From contig CALJSD010000223.1 of assembly GCA_937976325.1 (NCBI GenBank), positions 1 through 41,022 of the forward strand: 41,022 nucleotides of DNA. Reading direction: 5' to 3'. The notes under the pieces were generated by a model, which had not been told where the DNA came from, searched no databases, and saw only the letters and a program-made list of their open reading frames with translations. Below, piece after piece: positions 8,578 to 16,448 of the stretch. The number at the start of each line of letters is the position of its first letter. Within the stretch, counting starts at the first letter, position 1. Source of the stretch: an uncultured Carnobacterium sp. GTDB taxonomy: Bacteria > Bacillota > Bacilli > Lactobacillales > Aerococcaceae. The translations under genes and the position numbers were made by a program.

Positions 8578-8607
8578 AATCATTATAATGTATACATTAT
8601 AATGATT
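8578..8607. repeat. Perfect 30-bp palindrome
   Basis: AATCATTATAATGTA|TACATTATAATGATT; contains two copies of the self-palindromic CATTATAATG. Confidence 0.9.
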
Positions 8608-8626
8608 TTTTTATTTTTAAAACTTA

Positions 8627-8669
8627 ATAACTTAAAAGTATTTAAAAACGATAACTTTTAAGTTATAAT
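8627..8669 (+). promoter_or_regulatory. Promoter of Xre gene with two operator-like palindromes
   Basis: -35 TTTAAA (8641-8646), 17 bp, -10 TATAAT (8664-8669); ATAACTTAAAAGTAT (8627-8641) and ATAACTTTTAAGTTAT (8651-8666) overlap it. Confidence 0.65.
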
Positions 8670-8706
8670 AATAGTACGATAATTTTAAGAGAGTAGGAGT
8701 GAGAAG

Positions 8707-9003
8707 ATGAGTAAAACAGCAATTGGAAGTAACTGGAAAGATGTGAAAAACGATTTATTTACCCCAGAAGAAATCGCCGCTACTGATTTAAGAGTTGCTA
8801 TTATTAGTGAATTAATTCGTGCTAGAAAAGAATTAGGAATTAGCCAAAAACAATTAGAAGAATTAAGTGGGGTGAAGCAACCCGTGATTGCTCGAATCGA
8901 AACGGGGAAGAGTACTCCGCAACTAGATACCTTATTAAAGATTCTAGGATGCTTAGGGAAAACACTAGCCATAGTGCCATTATCGAAATCTGAAGTGAAG
9001 TAG
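8707..9003 (+). CDS. Xre/HTH_3 transcriptional regulator, HigA-like antitoxin (orphan)
   Basis: AIGSNWKDV...ELIRARKELGISQKQLEELSGVKQPVIARIETGKSTPQLDTLLKIL is typical of the Xre antitoxins usually found downstream of a RelE/Gp49-type toxin; AGGAG RBS. Confidence 0.8.
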   Translation: MSKTAIGSNWKDVKNDLFTPEEIAATDLRVAIISELIRARKELGISQKQLEELSGVKQPVIARIETGKSTPQLDTLLKILGCLGKTLAIVPLSKSEVK

Positions 9004-9010
9004 AATGTAG

Positions 9011-9048
9011 AAACTCAAAATTATCATATATGATAATTTTGAGTTTTT
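9011..9048 (+). terminator. Perfect 36-bp palindrome, probable terminator
   Basis: AAACTCAAAATTATCATA|TATGATAATTTTGAGTTT (9011-9046) plus TT. Confidence 0.75.
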
Positions 9049-9075
9049 GTTTTCCTCGGAGTGGAGGTGGTTTTC

Positions 9076-9180
9076 TTGTCGAAGAACCTTGAAGTGTTTG
9101 AACCACTATACACCAAAACCTTTACAAATCTGATTAAAATACCTGCACCACACAAATGTACAGGAGTTTTAGCAACATAA
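9076..9180 (+). CDS. Possible small protein or gene remnant (34 aa, MSKNLEVFEPLYTKTFTNLIKIPAPHKCTGVLAT)
   Basis: GGAGGT at 9063-9068, 7 nt before a TTG; TAA at 9178-9180; no recognisable family. Confidence 0.25.
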   Translation: MSKNLEVFEPLYTKTFTNLIKIPAPHKCTGVLAT

Positions 9181-9458
9181 ATACGAGATAGAAGAAACAA
9201 TGCTCCATCAAAAAGCTAAGAAGATAGACGAGTCTTTTTGTTTATTGAAAGAATAGTGGGGGATAGCATTGAATGTGAATTAGCTGGAGTTAGGAATTGA
9301 TTCCTTACTCCAGCTTTGAAGCTTCAAAGGTGCAAGACCAAGGCTTGCGCCGTTGCCCCACTATGACTCTTTCAATAAAAAACAAAAAGACGCAAGTCTA
9401 TCTTTTTCCTTTTGAAGAGCACCAATTAAGTATTATTTCTTCTAGCACATATTTTTGT
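9175..9458. repeat. Long nested imperfect inverted repeat (REPIN/MITE-like element or structured RNA)
   Basis: Arms pair in order: TAGAAGAAA/TTTCTTCTA, TGCTC/GAGCA, AAGATAGAC/GTCTATCTT, GTCTTTTTG/CAAAAAGAC, TTTATTGAAAGA/TCTTTCAATAAA, ATAGTGGGG/CCCCACTAT, apical AGCTGGAGTTAGGAAT/ATTCCTTACTCCAGCT. Confidence 0.8.
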
Positions 9459-9461
9459 CAC

Positions 9462-9494
9462 AAAAAAACTCCCGGCACCAATTGGTACCAGGAG
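9462..9494 (-). terminator. Intrinsic terminator of glnQ
   Basis: Minus strand CTCCTGGTACCA-ATT-GGTGCCGGGAG then T7. Confidence 0.8.
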
Positions 9495-9505
9495 CAGTGT
9501 TGATT

Positions 9506-10237
9506 TTAATGTAAGACTTTGTTTAAGAAGTTTTGAGTACGTTCGTTTTGTGGGTTACCAAACACTTCTTCAGGAGTTCCTTCTTCGATGATATAACCAC
9601 CATCCATGAAGATAACGCGATCGCTAACCTCACGCGCAAATCCCATCTCGTGTGTTACCACGACCATCGTCATTCCTTCTTTAGCTAGGTTTTGCATTAC
9701 TTCTAATACATCCCCAACCATCTCAGGGTCGAGTGCTGAAGTTGGTTCATCGAATAATAACATCTTTGGTTTCATTGCAAGCGCGCGGGCAATAGCCACA
9801 CGTTGCTTTTGACCACCTGAAAGAGATTTAGGAGAGACATCCGCTTTATCTGCAAGACCAACCATGCCAAGGAGTTCCATCGCATGTTCAGTTGCAGCTT
9901 CTTTTGTCTCACGACCTAATTCTACCGGTGCAAGAATGATATTTTCTAGAACGCTTAGGTGAGGGAAGAGGTTGAAGTGTTGGAACACCATTCCGATTTC
10001 CTCACGAACTTTATTTAAGTTTGTTTTCTTGTCTGTTAAATCATAGCCATCAATGATGATATGACCACTGTTGATTTTTTCAAGACGGTTTAAGCAACGT
10101 AAGAAAGTGGATTTACCAGAACCTGAAGGCCCGATAATACAAACTACTTCGCCTTCCTCAATAGAAAGGTCGATGGATTTTAATACTTCTAAGTCGCCAT
10201 ATTTCTTTTGAATTTTTTGAACTTCGATAATAGCCAT
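9506..10237 (-). CDS. glnQ: Polar amino acid ABC transporter ATP-binding protein
   Basis: [28 protein letters not shown]; start corrected to MAIIEV (10237), TAATG-coupled to upstream permease. Confidence 0.9.
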   Translation of the reverse strand: MAIIEVQKIQKKYGDLEVLKSIDLSIEEGEVVCIIGPSGSGKSTFLRCLNRLEKINSGHIIIDGYDLTDKKTNLNKVREEIGMVFQHFNLFPHLSVLENIILAPVELGRETKEAATEHAMELLGMVGLADKADVSPKSLSGGQKQRVAIARALAMKPKMLLFDEPTSALDPEMVGDVLEVMQNLAKEGMTMVVVTHEMGFAREVSDRVIFMDGGYIIEEGTPEEVFGNPQNERTQNFLNKVLH

Positions 10238-11673
10238 TATTTTAAATTCCTTTCTAAGTGAGCTGAAAGTTTCGTTAATAGAACGATCACGATTAAGTAC
10301 ATCACGCCCACGATTAACCACATTTGACTTGATTGTAAGTTACGAGCGATGATGACTTTACCTGTTTGCGTTAATTCGGCAATACCGATGATTGAAAGGA
10401 TAGATGTATCTTTCAATGTAATCACGAATTGGTTAATGAATGAAGGAACCATAATTCGAATCGCTTGCGGTAAGATAACTTTTTGCATGCTCTTAGGATA
10501 TGGAAGACCTAAACTCATGCAGGCTTCATATTGTCCTTTGTCTACCGCTTGGATACCCCCACGGATAATTTCAGCGATGTAAGCCGATGCGTTCAAGCTG
10601 AGGGTGATGACACCCGCTACGAACGGTTGCATTGTAATGTTGAATGCTTGCGGGATTCCAAAGTAAATGAAGAACGTTAATACGATTAGTGGAACACCAC
10701 GGATAATGTCAATGTAAAATCCTGCGATTGCTTGTACGATATTGTTTTGGCTAGTTTTCATTAAACCGAAGATAATACCGATTAAACTTGCGAAGATTAA
10801 AGCAACAACTGTTAATACGATTGTGTTCCATAAACCAGTCGCAAGAGTTTTCCAGTTTGTTTTGATTAACCCTAGAATGCTTGTTGCTTCTGTGTTTTCG
10901 CTAGCGTTTGTTGTGTATTTGTCGATGATTTCATCATACTTACCACTTTCTTTTAGTTTTTTCAAACCGTTATTGAAAGCAGTGATTAATTCTGCGTTCT
11001 CACCTTTATTTACAGCAACACCATATTCTGTTTTGTTTTCGTTATGGTCTGTCATTTTTAAAGGTAAGTTGTTTGATGTGATTGAGTAGGCAAGTACTGG
11101 ATAGTCTTCGAATAACGCATCACTGTTTCCTACCATTACATCTTGGTACATACTAGATGAATCTTCAAAAGTAGTGATTGTAAAGCCATATTTACTCTTG
11201 ATTGATTCAGCGTAAGTTGCACCTTGTGTTCCTAATTTAACGGCCACTTTTTTACCGCTTAAATCAGAAAGACTTGTGATGTCAGAGTTTTTAGAAACGC
11301 CCATCCCGATTCCGCTGTCATAGTAACTATTTGTGAAGTCGAATTTTTGTTTACGTTCATCTGTGATTCCCATACCGGCCATCACAGCGTCTACTTGACC
11401 AGATTCTAATGCTTGGACGGCAGCATTGAAGCCGAGTGGTTTGAATTCTACTTCGAAGCCTTCAGCCTCTGCGATACTCTTCATTAATTCAATATCAATT
11501 CCGACATATTCACCATTTGTATCTTGGTATTCAAATGGAGCAAATGTAATATCTGTTGCGATTACATATTTTTTAGTTTCTGCTTTAACAGAACTTGTCG
11601 GAGAAACGAGGGATAGAAGAGTCATCAATAGAGTGACTAGAACAGCTCCCAAGCTCAATTTTTTTATGTTCAT
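10237..11673 (-). CDS. glnP: Glutamine-type ABC transporter, fused substrate-binding domain + permease
   Basis: Signal peptide, [14 protein letters not shown]_bac_3 domain, IRGVPLIV and [22 protein letters not shown] permease motif; GlnR box upstream supports glutamine/glutamate role. Confidence 0.85.
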   Translation of the reverse strand: MNIKKLSLGAVLVTLLMTLLSLVSPTSSVKAETKKYVIATDITFAPFEYQDTNGEYVGIDIELMKSIAEAEGFEVEFKPLGFNAAVQALESGQVDAVMAGMGITDERKQKFDFTNSYYDSGIGMGVSKNSDITSLSDLSGKKVAVKLGTQGATYAESIKSKYGFTITTFEDSSSMYQDVMVGNSDALFEDYPVLAYSITSNNLPLKMTDHNENKTEYGVAVNKGENAELITAFNNGLKKLKESGKYDEIIDKYTTNASENTEATSILGLIKTNWKTLATGLWNTIVLTVVALIFASLIGIIFGLMKTSQNNIVQAIAGFYIDIIRGVPLIVLTFFIYFGIPQAFNITMQPFVAGVITLSLNASAYIAEIIRGGIQAVDKGQYEACMSLGLPYPKSMQKVILPQAIRIMVPSFINQFVITLKDTSILSIIGIAELTQTGKVIIARNLQSSQMWLIVGVMYLIVIVLLTKLSAHLERNLK

Positions 11674-11713
11674 ACATATTCCTCCAAATCTACCTTACGT
11701 ATAAGGTTTTTCT

Positions 11714-11742
11714 ATTATATGGAAGATTTTCTTAAAATGCAA
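11714..11742 (-). promoter_or_regulatory. sigmaA promoter of glnPQ
   Basis: Minus strand TTGCAT (11742-11737), 17 bp, TATAAT (11719-11714). Confidence 0.8.
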
Positions 11743-11759
11743 AATTCTAGTCTCATCTC

Positions 11760-11778
11760 ATGTCACATTTTCTGACAT
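11760..11778. promoter_or_regulatory. GlnR box
   Basis: ATGTCA-CATTTTC-TGACAT, exact match to ATGTNA-N7-TNACAT, just upstream of the glnPQ -35. Confidence 0.85.
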
Positions 11779-11792
11779 GAAGGTAGGAGCAT

Positions 11793-11827
11793 AAAAAACT
11801 CCCTTCTCTCATGAAAGAGAAGAGAGT
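11793..11827 (-). terminator. Intrinsic terminator of Cof-HAD gene
   Basis: ACTCCCTTCTCT / AGAGAAGAGAGT stem with A6 on plus strand (U-tract on minus). Confidence 0.7.
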
Positions 11828-11832
11828 GATGC

Positions 11833-12705
11833 TTATTGTTCTTGTTCGAGGACACGCCAGATGGCTTTTGCCACACCACCATTAACATTGGTGTCTGTCA
11901 CAAAATCGGCCACATCTTTAACTTCCTCTGGAGCATTTCCCATCGCAACGCCAATTCCTGCGTCACGAATCATCGAAACGTCATTGAAGTTATCGCCGAT
12001 AGCGAAAGTTTGCTTCATCGATAAGCCAAGTGTTTCGGCATAGTGAGCAACCGCAATGCCTTTTTGAGCGTCTTTGTGGTTGATTTCCAAATCCGTATAA
12101 AATGCGGAAGTGACCACAAGGTTTGGATGCACTTGATCGATATGTTCACGAACAGGTTTGAAATAAGTAGGCCCGTCGTCATGAGAGACGATAATTTTGA
12201 ACACCTTAATATCCGGAATCGATAGCACTTCTTCAGCAGTCGTTACATCGGTTGCTTCTAGAAGGATTTTGAGCTGTCTAATTTCTTCTTTCAATTGTTC
12301 AGGCGAAAGATTATTTTTTTCGGCCTTTTTTCGTTCAATGACTTTGTTGATAAAGAGAGCATAGTTCTTTCTAAAGTTTCCTTCAGAAGTCACGAGCTGC
12401 CAGTCCAAGTCGATCGAATCGAAGTAGTCTAGCAGGGCATAGACTGTTTCGTGCGGGATTGTTACTTCCCAGATAATGTCATGATTTTTATCAAAAATCT
12501 GAGCACCGTTCATCGCAATAACAGGGAGATGTAATTCTGCTTGTTCGAGCGCTAAATTAGCTTGAAGATAATCGCGTCCAGTACAAACGATGAAGTGCTT
12601 CCCTTGTTTTTGGAGTTTTCGAATCGCTTGAATGTTGTTTTTATGTACCTCTACGTGGTTCGTGAGGAGAGTACCGTCCATATCCGATGCAAATAATTTA
12701 ATCAT
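11833..12705 (-). CDS. Cof-type HAD-IIB family hydrolase
   Basis: ASDMDGTLL, CTGR, KG, GDNFNDVSM, AMGNA motifs. Confidence 0.92.
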   Translation of the reverse strand: MIKLFASDMDGTLLTNHVEVHKNNIQAIRKLQKQGKHFIVCTGRDYLQANLALEQAELHLPVIAMNGAQIFDKNHDIIWEVTIPHETVYALLDYFDSIDLDWQLVTSEGNFRKNYALFINKVIERKKAEKNNLSPEQLKEEIRQLKILLEATDVTTAEEVLSIPDIKVFKIIVSHDDGPTYFKPVREHIDQVHPNLVVTSAFYTDLEINHKDAQKGIAVAHYAETLGLSMKQTFAIGDNFNDVSMIRDAGIGVAMGNAPEEVKDVADFVTDTNVNGGVAKAIWRVLEQEQ

Positions 12706-12717
12706 AGGGCAAACCCT

Positions 12718-13050
12718 CTATTTCATTTCTTTAAGGTGTGTTTGCAATGTTTGAATTTTGTCTTGAATCCGTCTGAAGCGTGGTTTGTTTTCCAGTTGGA
12801 ATCTTGTGACTTCTTCTTGGATAGAATTCACAACTTCCATTGTTTGTGGAACAATCACTTCTTGGAGTTCTTTAATGCCTCTTTCAAGAGTGGCTTTACC
12901 AGTGTTAATCACGGTAACATCCTGTGTCACTTCTTGAATTTGTTTTGCTAAGATTTCACGATTTTCTTTACCGCTTCTTGGGTTGTTTAGTAGGGCAACG
13001 GCTCCACCGATCACACTACCGAAAATAAAACCTTTTAGAAATTTACTCAT
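12718..13050 (-). CDS. YtxH domain-containing protein
   Basis: FLKGFIFGSVIGGAVALLNNPRSGKENR, typical YtxH N-terminus. Confidence 0.82.
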   Translation of the reverse strand: MSKFLKGFIFGSVIGGAVALLNNPRSGKENREILAKQIQEVTQDVTVINTGKATLERGIKELQEVIVPQTMEVVNSIQEEVTRFQLENKPRFRRIQDKIQTLQTHLKEMK

Positions 13051-13053
13051 TGA

Positions 13054-13476
13054 TTATGCCTCCATTTGTTCGCGAATTGATTGCGCGATTTCTGCTAATA
13101 CTTCTGAACTTGGGTTAGTCGGGTGCCATTTTAATCCAAAGCCATCTTCATTTGTATAGCGTGGGATTAAGTGGATGTGAGAATGGAAGACGCTTTGGTA
13201 AGCCAACTCTCCGTTATTACTTAAAATGTTTAAACCTTTAATGTCTGGGTTTGAAGCTTGAACGGCACGTGCGATTTTTGGAATACGTGCAAACACTGCG
13301 CTCGCTAAGTCTTCATCGTATTCGAAGATATTAGCCACGTGTTTTTTAGGAACGACAAGCGTGTGCCCTGGTGTTACTTGCGAAATGTCAAGGAACGCAA
13401 GTACTACGTCATCTTCATACACGATATGTGCTGGAATTTCTTTATTAATAATTTTGTCAAAAATGCAATCTGTCAT
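13054..13476 (-). CDS. hit: HIT family protein (HinT-like)
   Basis: DCIFDKII, PGHTLVVPK, QSVFHSHIHLIPR; conserved position divergent from ecsA. Confidence 0.9.
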   Translation of the reverse strand: MTDCIFDKIINKEIPAHIVYEDDVVLAFLDISQVTPGHTLVVPKKHVANIFEYDEDLASAVFARIPKIARAVQASNPDIKGLNILSNNGELAYQSVFHSHIHLIPRYTNEDGFGLKWHPTNPSSEVLAEIAQSIREQMEA

Positions 13477-13608
13477 GGTGTTTCCTCCTTGAGTTCGTAC
13501 CTCTATGGTATCAAAAAATGCCCTAAAATGAAAGACTCGTAGCAGTTGTTGTCGTTGCTTTTTAGAAGAACATATCCTAAAATATCAGAATGAAAGCGAG
13601 GAGTCTTT

Positions 13609-14271
13609 ATGAAGGGAAAATTAGATGCGTTAAGCGATGCGATTATTGCCATTGCGATTACCGTTTTAGTATTAGAAATCAATACGCCAACATCGATGGC
13701 GGGGATGTGGGAGTTTGCAAAGGAAATCTTTTTATTTGCGCAAAGTTTTGTCGTGATTGCGAACTTTTGGTTTGAACGTTCTCAGTTCTTTGGTCGTTCA
13801 AAACGAATTTCTTTCTCGATTTTGTCGATTGATTTATTAGCACATTTGGGAATCTGTCTCATCCCTTTATTTACAAAATTCTTATTTAGTTTTGAAAATC
13901 GAATGATTTCTGTGCTAGCATACGGAATTTTGATTGCAATCATTTCTGTATTGTTCGATATCGAAAACTATTTTGTATTGAAACAATCATTGACGGATGC
14001 TGATTATGAGAGAAGAGATGAAATGCTTACTTTATTCAGAAAGTTTCATATGCGTTCTTATTTAACATCAGTGATTATTTTGGCCTTAACATTTTTAATT
14101 CCTCAAATCGTTATGTATTTATACTTGGCGATTCCAATGACTAAGTTCTTTTCTCGTTTAGGGGTGGGAAGAGGTCGGTCAATATTTGTAGATGAAAACT
14201 TAGTCGAATTTTCAGATAAAGTATTAGGACGAATTGATGAAGAACGAATAAAGAGAAATATTGCAAAATAA
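13609..14271 (+). CDS. TMEM175 (DUF1211) family potassium channel-like membrane protein
   Basis: KLDALSDAIIAIAITVLVLEI matches TMEM175 helix 1 (RxxxFSD..AIAIT..VLEI); SFVVIANFW; several TM segments. Confidence 0.78.
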   Translation: MKGKLDALSDAIIAIAITVLVLEINTPTSMAGMWEFAKEIFLFAQSFVVIANFWFERSQFFGRSKRISFSILSIDLLAHLGICLIPLFTKFLFSFENRMISVLAYGILIAIISVLFDIENYFVLKQSLTDADYERRDEMLTLFRKFHMRSYLTSVIILALTFLIPQIVMYLYLAIPMTKFFSRLGVGRGRSIFVDENLVEFSDKVLGRIDEERIKRNIAK

Positions 14272-14285
14272 TATAAATGAATAGG

Positions 14286-14329
14286 AGTGTGAAAGGGCGC
14301 CTAATCCTGCGTCCTTTCACACTTTTTTT
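14286..14329 (+). terminator. Intrinsic terminator overlapping ecsA promoter
   Basis: AGTGTGAAAGGGCGC / GCGTCCTTTCACACT + T7; TTCACA (14316-14321), 17 bp, TGgTATAAT (-10 at 14339-14344). Confidence 0.8.
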
Positions 14330-14373
14330 GCTTTATGGTATAATGAGGAGAATAGTTAGATAGGAGAATCTAT

Positions 14374-15114
14374 ATGTCACTACAATTAAACAATGTAACT
14401 GCAGGATATACAAAAGTTCCTGTCATTACGGACATCACTTTTGATGTAAATCCGGGCGAGATTTGCGGCCTAATCGGGCTCAATGGTGCCGGGAAGAGTA
14501 CGACGATTAAAGCGATTATTGGGCAACTTACCCCTTTTAGCGGAAGAGTGGAAGTAGAGAAACTTAGCATCCTCGAAAACCAACGTGGCTACCGTCAATC
14601 GATTGCGGTCATTCCAGAAAGCCCAGTTCTTTACGAAGAATTGACATTTAGAGAACATATTGAATTTGTGGCTCGTTCATATAATCAAATGAACGAAGAG
14701 ACAATGGCTCATGCAATGGAACTCGTGGAAGCATTCCGTTTAACGAAGCAATTGGATTGGTTCCCAGCATATTTTTCAAAAGGGATGAAGCAAAAAGTGC
14801 TTATCGTCTGCGCATTAATGCTAGACGTGCCCGTCTATGTGGTCGATGAACCATTTTTAGGACTCGACCCACTAGGAATTCGTACCTTACTGCAAGTCTT
14901 GAAAGAGAAGAAGGAAAAGGGTGCAGCGATTTTAATGTCGACTCACGTATTAGATACGGCTGAGAAGTATTGCGATCGTTTCATCGTGTTACACGAAGGA
15001 AAAGTGATTGCACAAGGCGATATCGAAGGCTTACGCGCAACTTCGAATATTGAAGAAACTTCTCTAGAGGAAATTTACTTTGCATTAACGACAGGGGACG
15101 ATGCCCATGAATAG
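14374..15114 (+). CDS. ecsA: ABC transporter ATP-binding protein EcsA
   Basis: GLNGAGKST, WFPAYFSKGMKQK, VDEPFLGLDP characteristic of EcsA. Confidence 0.92.
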   Translation: MSLQLNNVTAGYTKVPVITDITFDVNPGEICGLIGLNGAGKSTTIKAIIGQLTPFSGRVEVEKLSILENQRGYRQSIAVIPESPVLYEELTFREHIEFVARSYNQMNEETMAHAMELVEAFRLTKQLDWFPAYFSKGMKQKVLIVCALMLDVPVYVVDEPFLGLDPLGIRTLLQVLKEKKEKGAAILMSTHVLDTAEKYCDRFIVLHEGKVIAQGDIEGLRATSNIEETSLEEIYFALTTGDDAHE

Positions 15115-16339
15115 TGCAACAATTTTTGAGGCCCGCGTAAGAAAATATCAAAAGAAAAGCATGAAGTATATTCGCTATATGCTGAACGACCATTTCTTGA
15201 TTGTCTTGTTTTTCTTATTTGGCTTTATCATGGTGCAATACTCGAGTTGGATTCAAACGATTCGTGTATTGGAATGGCCTTTACTAGGGTTACTTGCAGT
15301 TCTACTAGCGAGTGTTCCATTCTTTGGCGGAGTAGCAACGTTGCTCGAACCAGCCGATGGAATCTTTTTATCGGTAGTGGGGCAAGACTTTAAGGCATAT
15401 TTGCAAAAAGCCATTCGTCGTAGTTGGGCGCTTCCGCTTCTTGTGATGCTGTCATCTTCTGGAATTGTCTTTCCAATCGTAGCTCAAGCCTTTGGAACGA
15501 ATATGAGTATGTTCGCAAAGCTATTCCTCTTACAAGTGCTCTTTAAAGATTTATTATTCCGTTGTACGAAATATTCTTATCGCGGAGTGCTCCATTTTAC
15601 ATGGATGGAAAAACTTGGTATTTACGTGATTGCAGTAGCGAACTTCTTCGGAATGTTTTTATGGATTTCTGAAGTTTGGTCATTTGTTTTATTAGTGATC
15701 CCAATTCTTATGAGTGTTTTTATCGAGTACTATTATGGGAAAGCGGCTTTTGTATATCGATTCGATTCTATGATTGAATCGGAATTAGAAAGACAACAAC
15801 GAATTTATCGTTTATATGCATTGTTTGTGGATGTGCCAATGGTGCATAAACCTCAAGCGCATCGCCGTTCATATTTAGATGGCGTATTGAAGGTACTGGT
15901 TGGAAAGAATCCAAGTGGACATCGCTATTTAGTGAGTCGTACGGTCATCCGTACTAGTCAATATATGAGTTTATTATTTCAACTGGCAGTTGTCAGCTTT
16001 GTAGTTGCATTGTTTTCTCAAGAGTATTATTGGAACTTTATCGTCAATGCGTTACTTGTAATGCTATTAGGATTCCAACTTGTTGGGGTTATCCAAAGTG
16101 CCAACACGCAAAATAGTCATTTTGCCTCTCTTGTAGATAGTAAGACGCGTCTACAGGATAATTTATCAGTCCTCATGATGACGATGGTCGCGTCCGGTAT
16201 TGTATTGGGCATTTCTTCAGTGATAGGGATGCGTGAAATGATTGGTTTAGTAGGGATTATTTTCTATCCGATTTTTGGAGTATTCTTTACACAATTTTAT
16301 TTACGTTATCGATTCCTTAAGAAGAGAAGAAAAATTTAA
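15107..16339 (+). CDS. ecsB: ABC transporter permease EcsB
   Basis: KYIRYMLNDHF, TLLEPAD, FVDVP, RRSYLD EcsB motifs; start chosen from AGGGGA spacing (alternative 15101). Confidence 0.88.
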   Translation: MNSATIFEARVRKYQKKSMKYIRYMLNDHFLIVLFFLFGFIMVQYSSWIQTIRVLEWPLLGLLAVLLASVPFFGGVATLLEPADGIFLSVVGQDFKAYLQKAIRRSWALPLLVMLSSSGIVFPIVAQAFGTNMSMFAKLFLLQVLFKDLLFRCTKYSYRGVLHFTWMEKLGIYVIAVANFFGMFLWISEVWSFVLLVIPILMSVFIEYYYGKAAFVYRFDSMIESELERQQRIYRLYALFVDVPMVHKPQAHRRSYLDGVLKVLVGKNPSGHRYLVSRTVIRTSQYMSLLFQLAVVSFVVALFSQEYYWNFIVNALLVMLLGFQLVGVIQSANTQNSHFASLVDSKTRLQDNLSVLMMTMVASGIVLGISSVIGMREMIGLVGIIFYPIFGVFFTQFYLRYRFLKKRRKI

Positions 16340-16367
16340 GTTTGTAGGCTAAAAGTAGCGCACAAAC

Positions 16368-16396
16368 TTGACTCAAATGGTATAAAACCATAAAAT
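16368..16396 (+). promoter_or_regulatory. sigmaA promoter of ccrZ-trmB
   Basis: TTGACT, 17 bp, TAAAAT. Confidence 0.7.
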
Positions 16397-16448
16397 AAAA
16401 GAATAGATTTATTAAAGGAAACAGAATTTGTCGTTAGGGATGGAATAG

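Noticed and set aside
8685..9106. Antisense ORFs 8685-8972 and 8840-9106 as the missing toxin
   Set aside because: They are shadows of the Xre gene on the opposite strand with no RelE/HigB features.
9175..9458. 6S RNA, T-box or CRISPR interpretation of the fold-back element
   Set aside because: No 6S-like conserved central-bubble sequence that I recognise, no T-box (AAGGTGGTACC-type) motif ahead of a gene, and no repeat-spacer periodicity.
9297..9503. 68-aa ORF MIPYSSFEAS...
   Set aside because: Runs through the inverted-repeat element and the glnQ terminator; no recognisable protein features.
10238..10321. N-terminal extension of glnQ in the ORF track
   Set aside because: Overlaps the glnP 3' end; the coupled TAATG start at 10237 is the typical arrangement.
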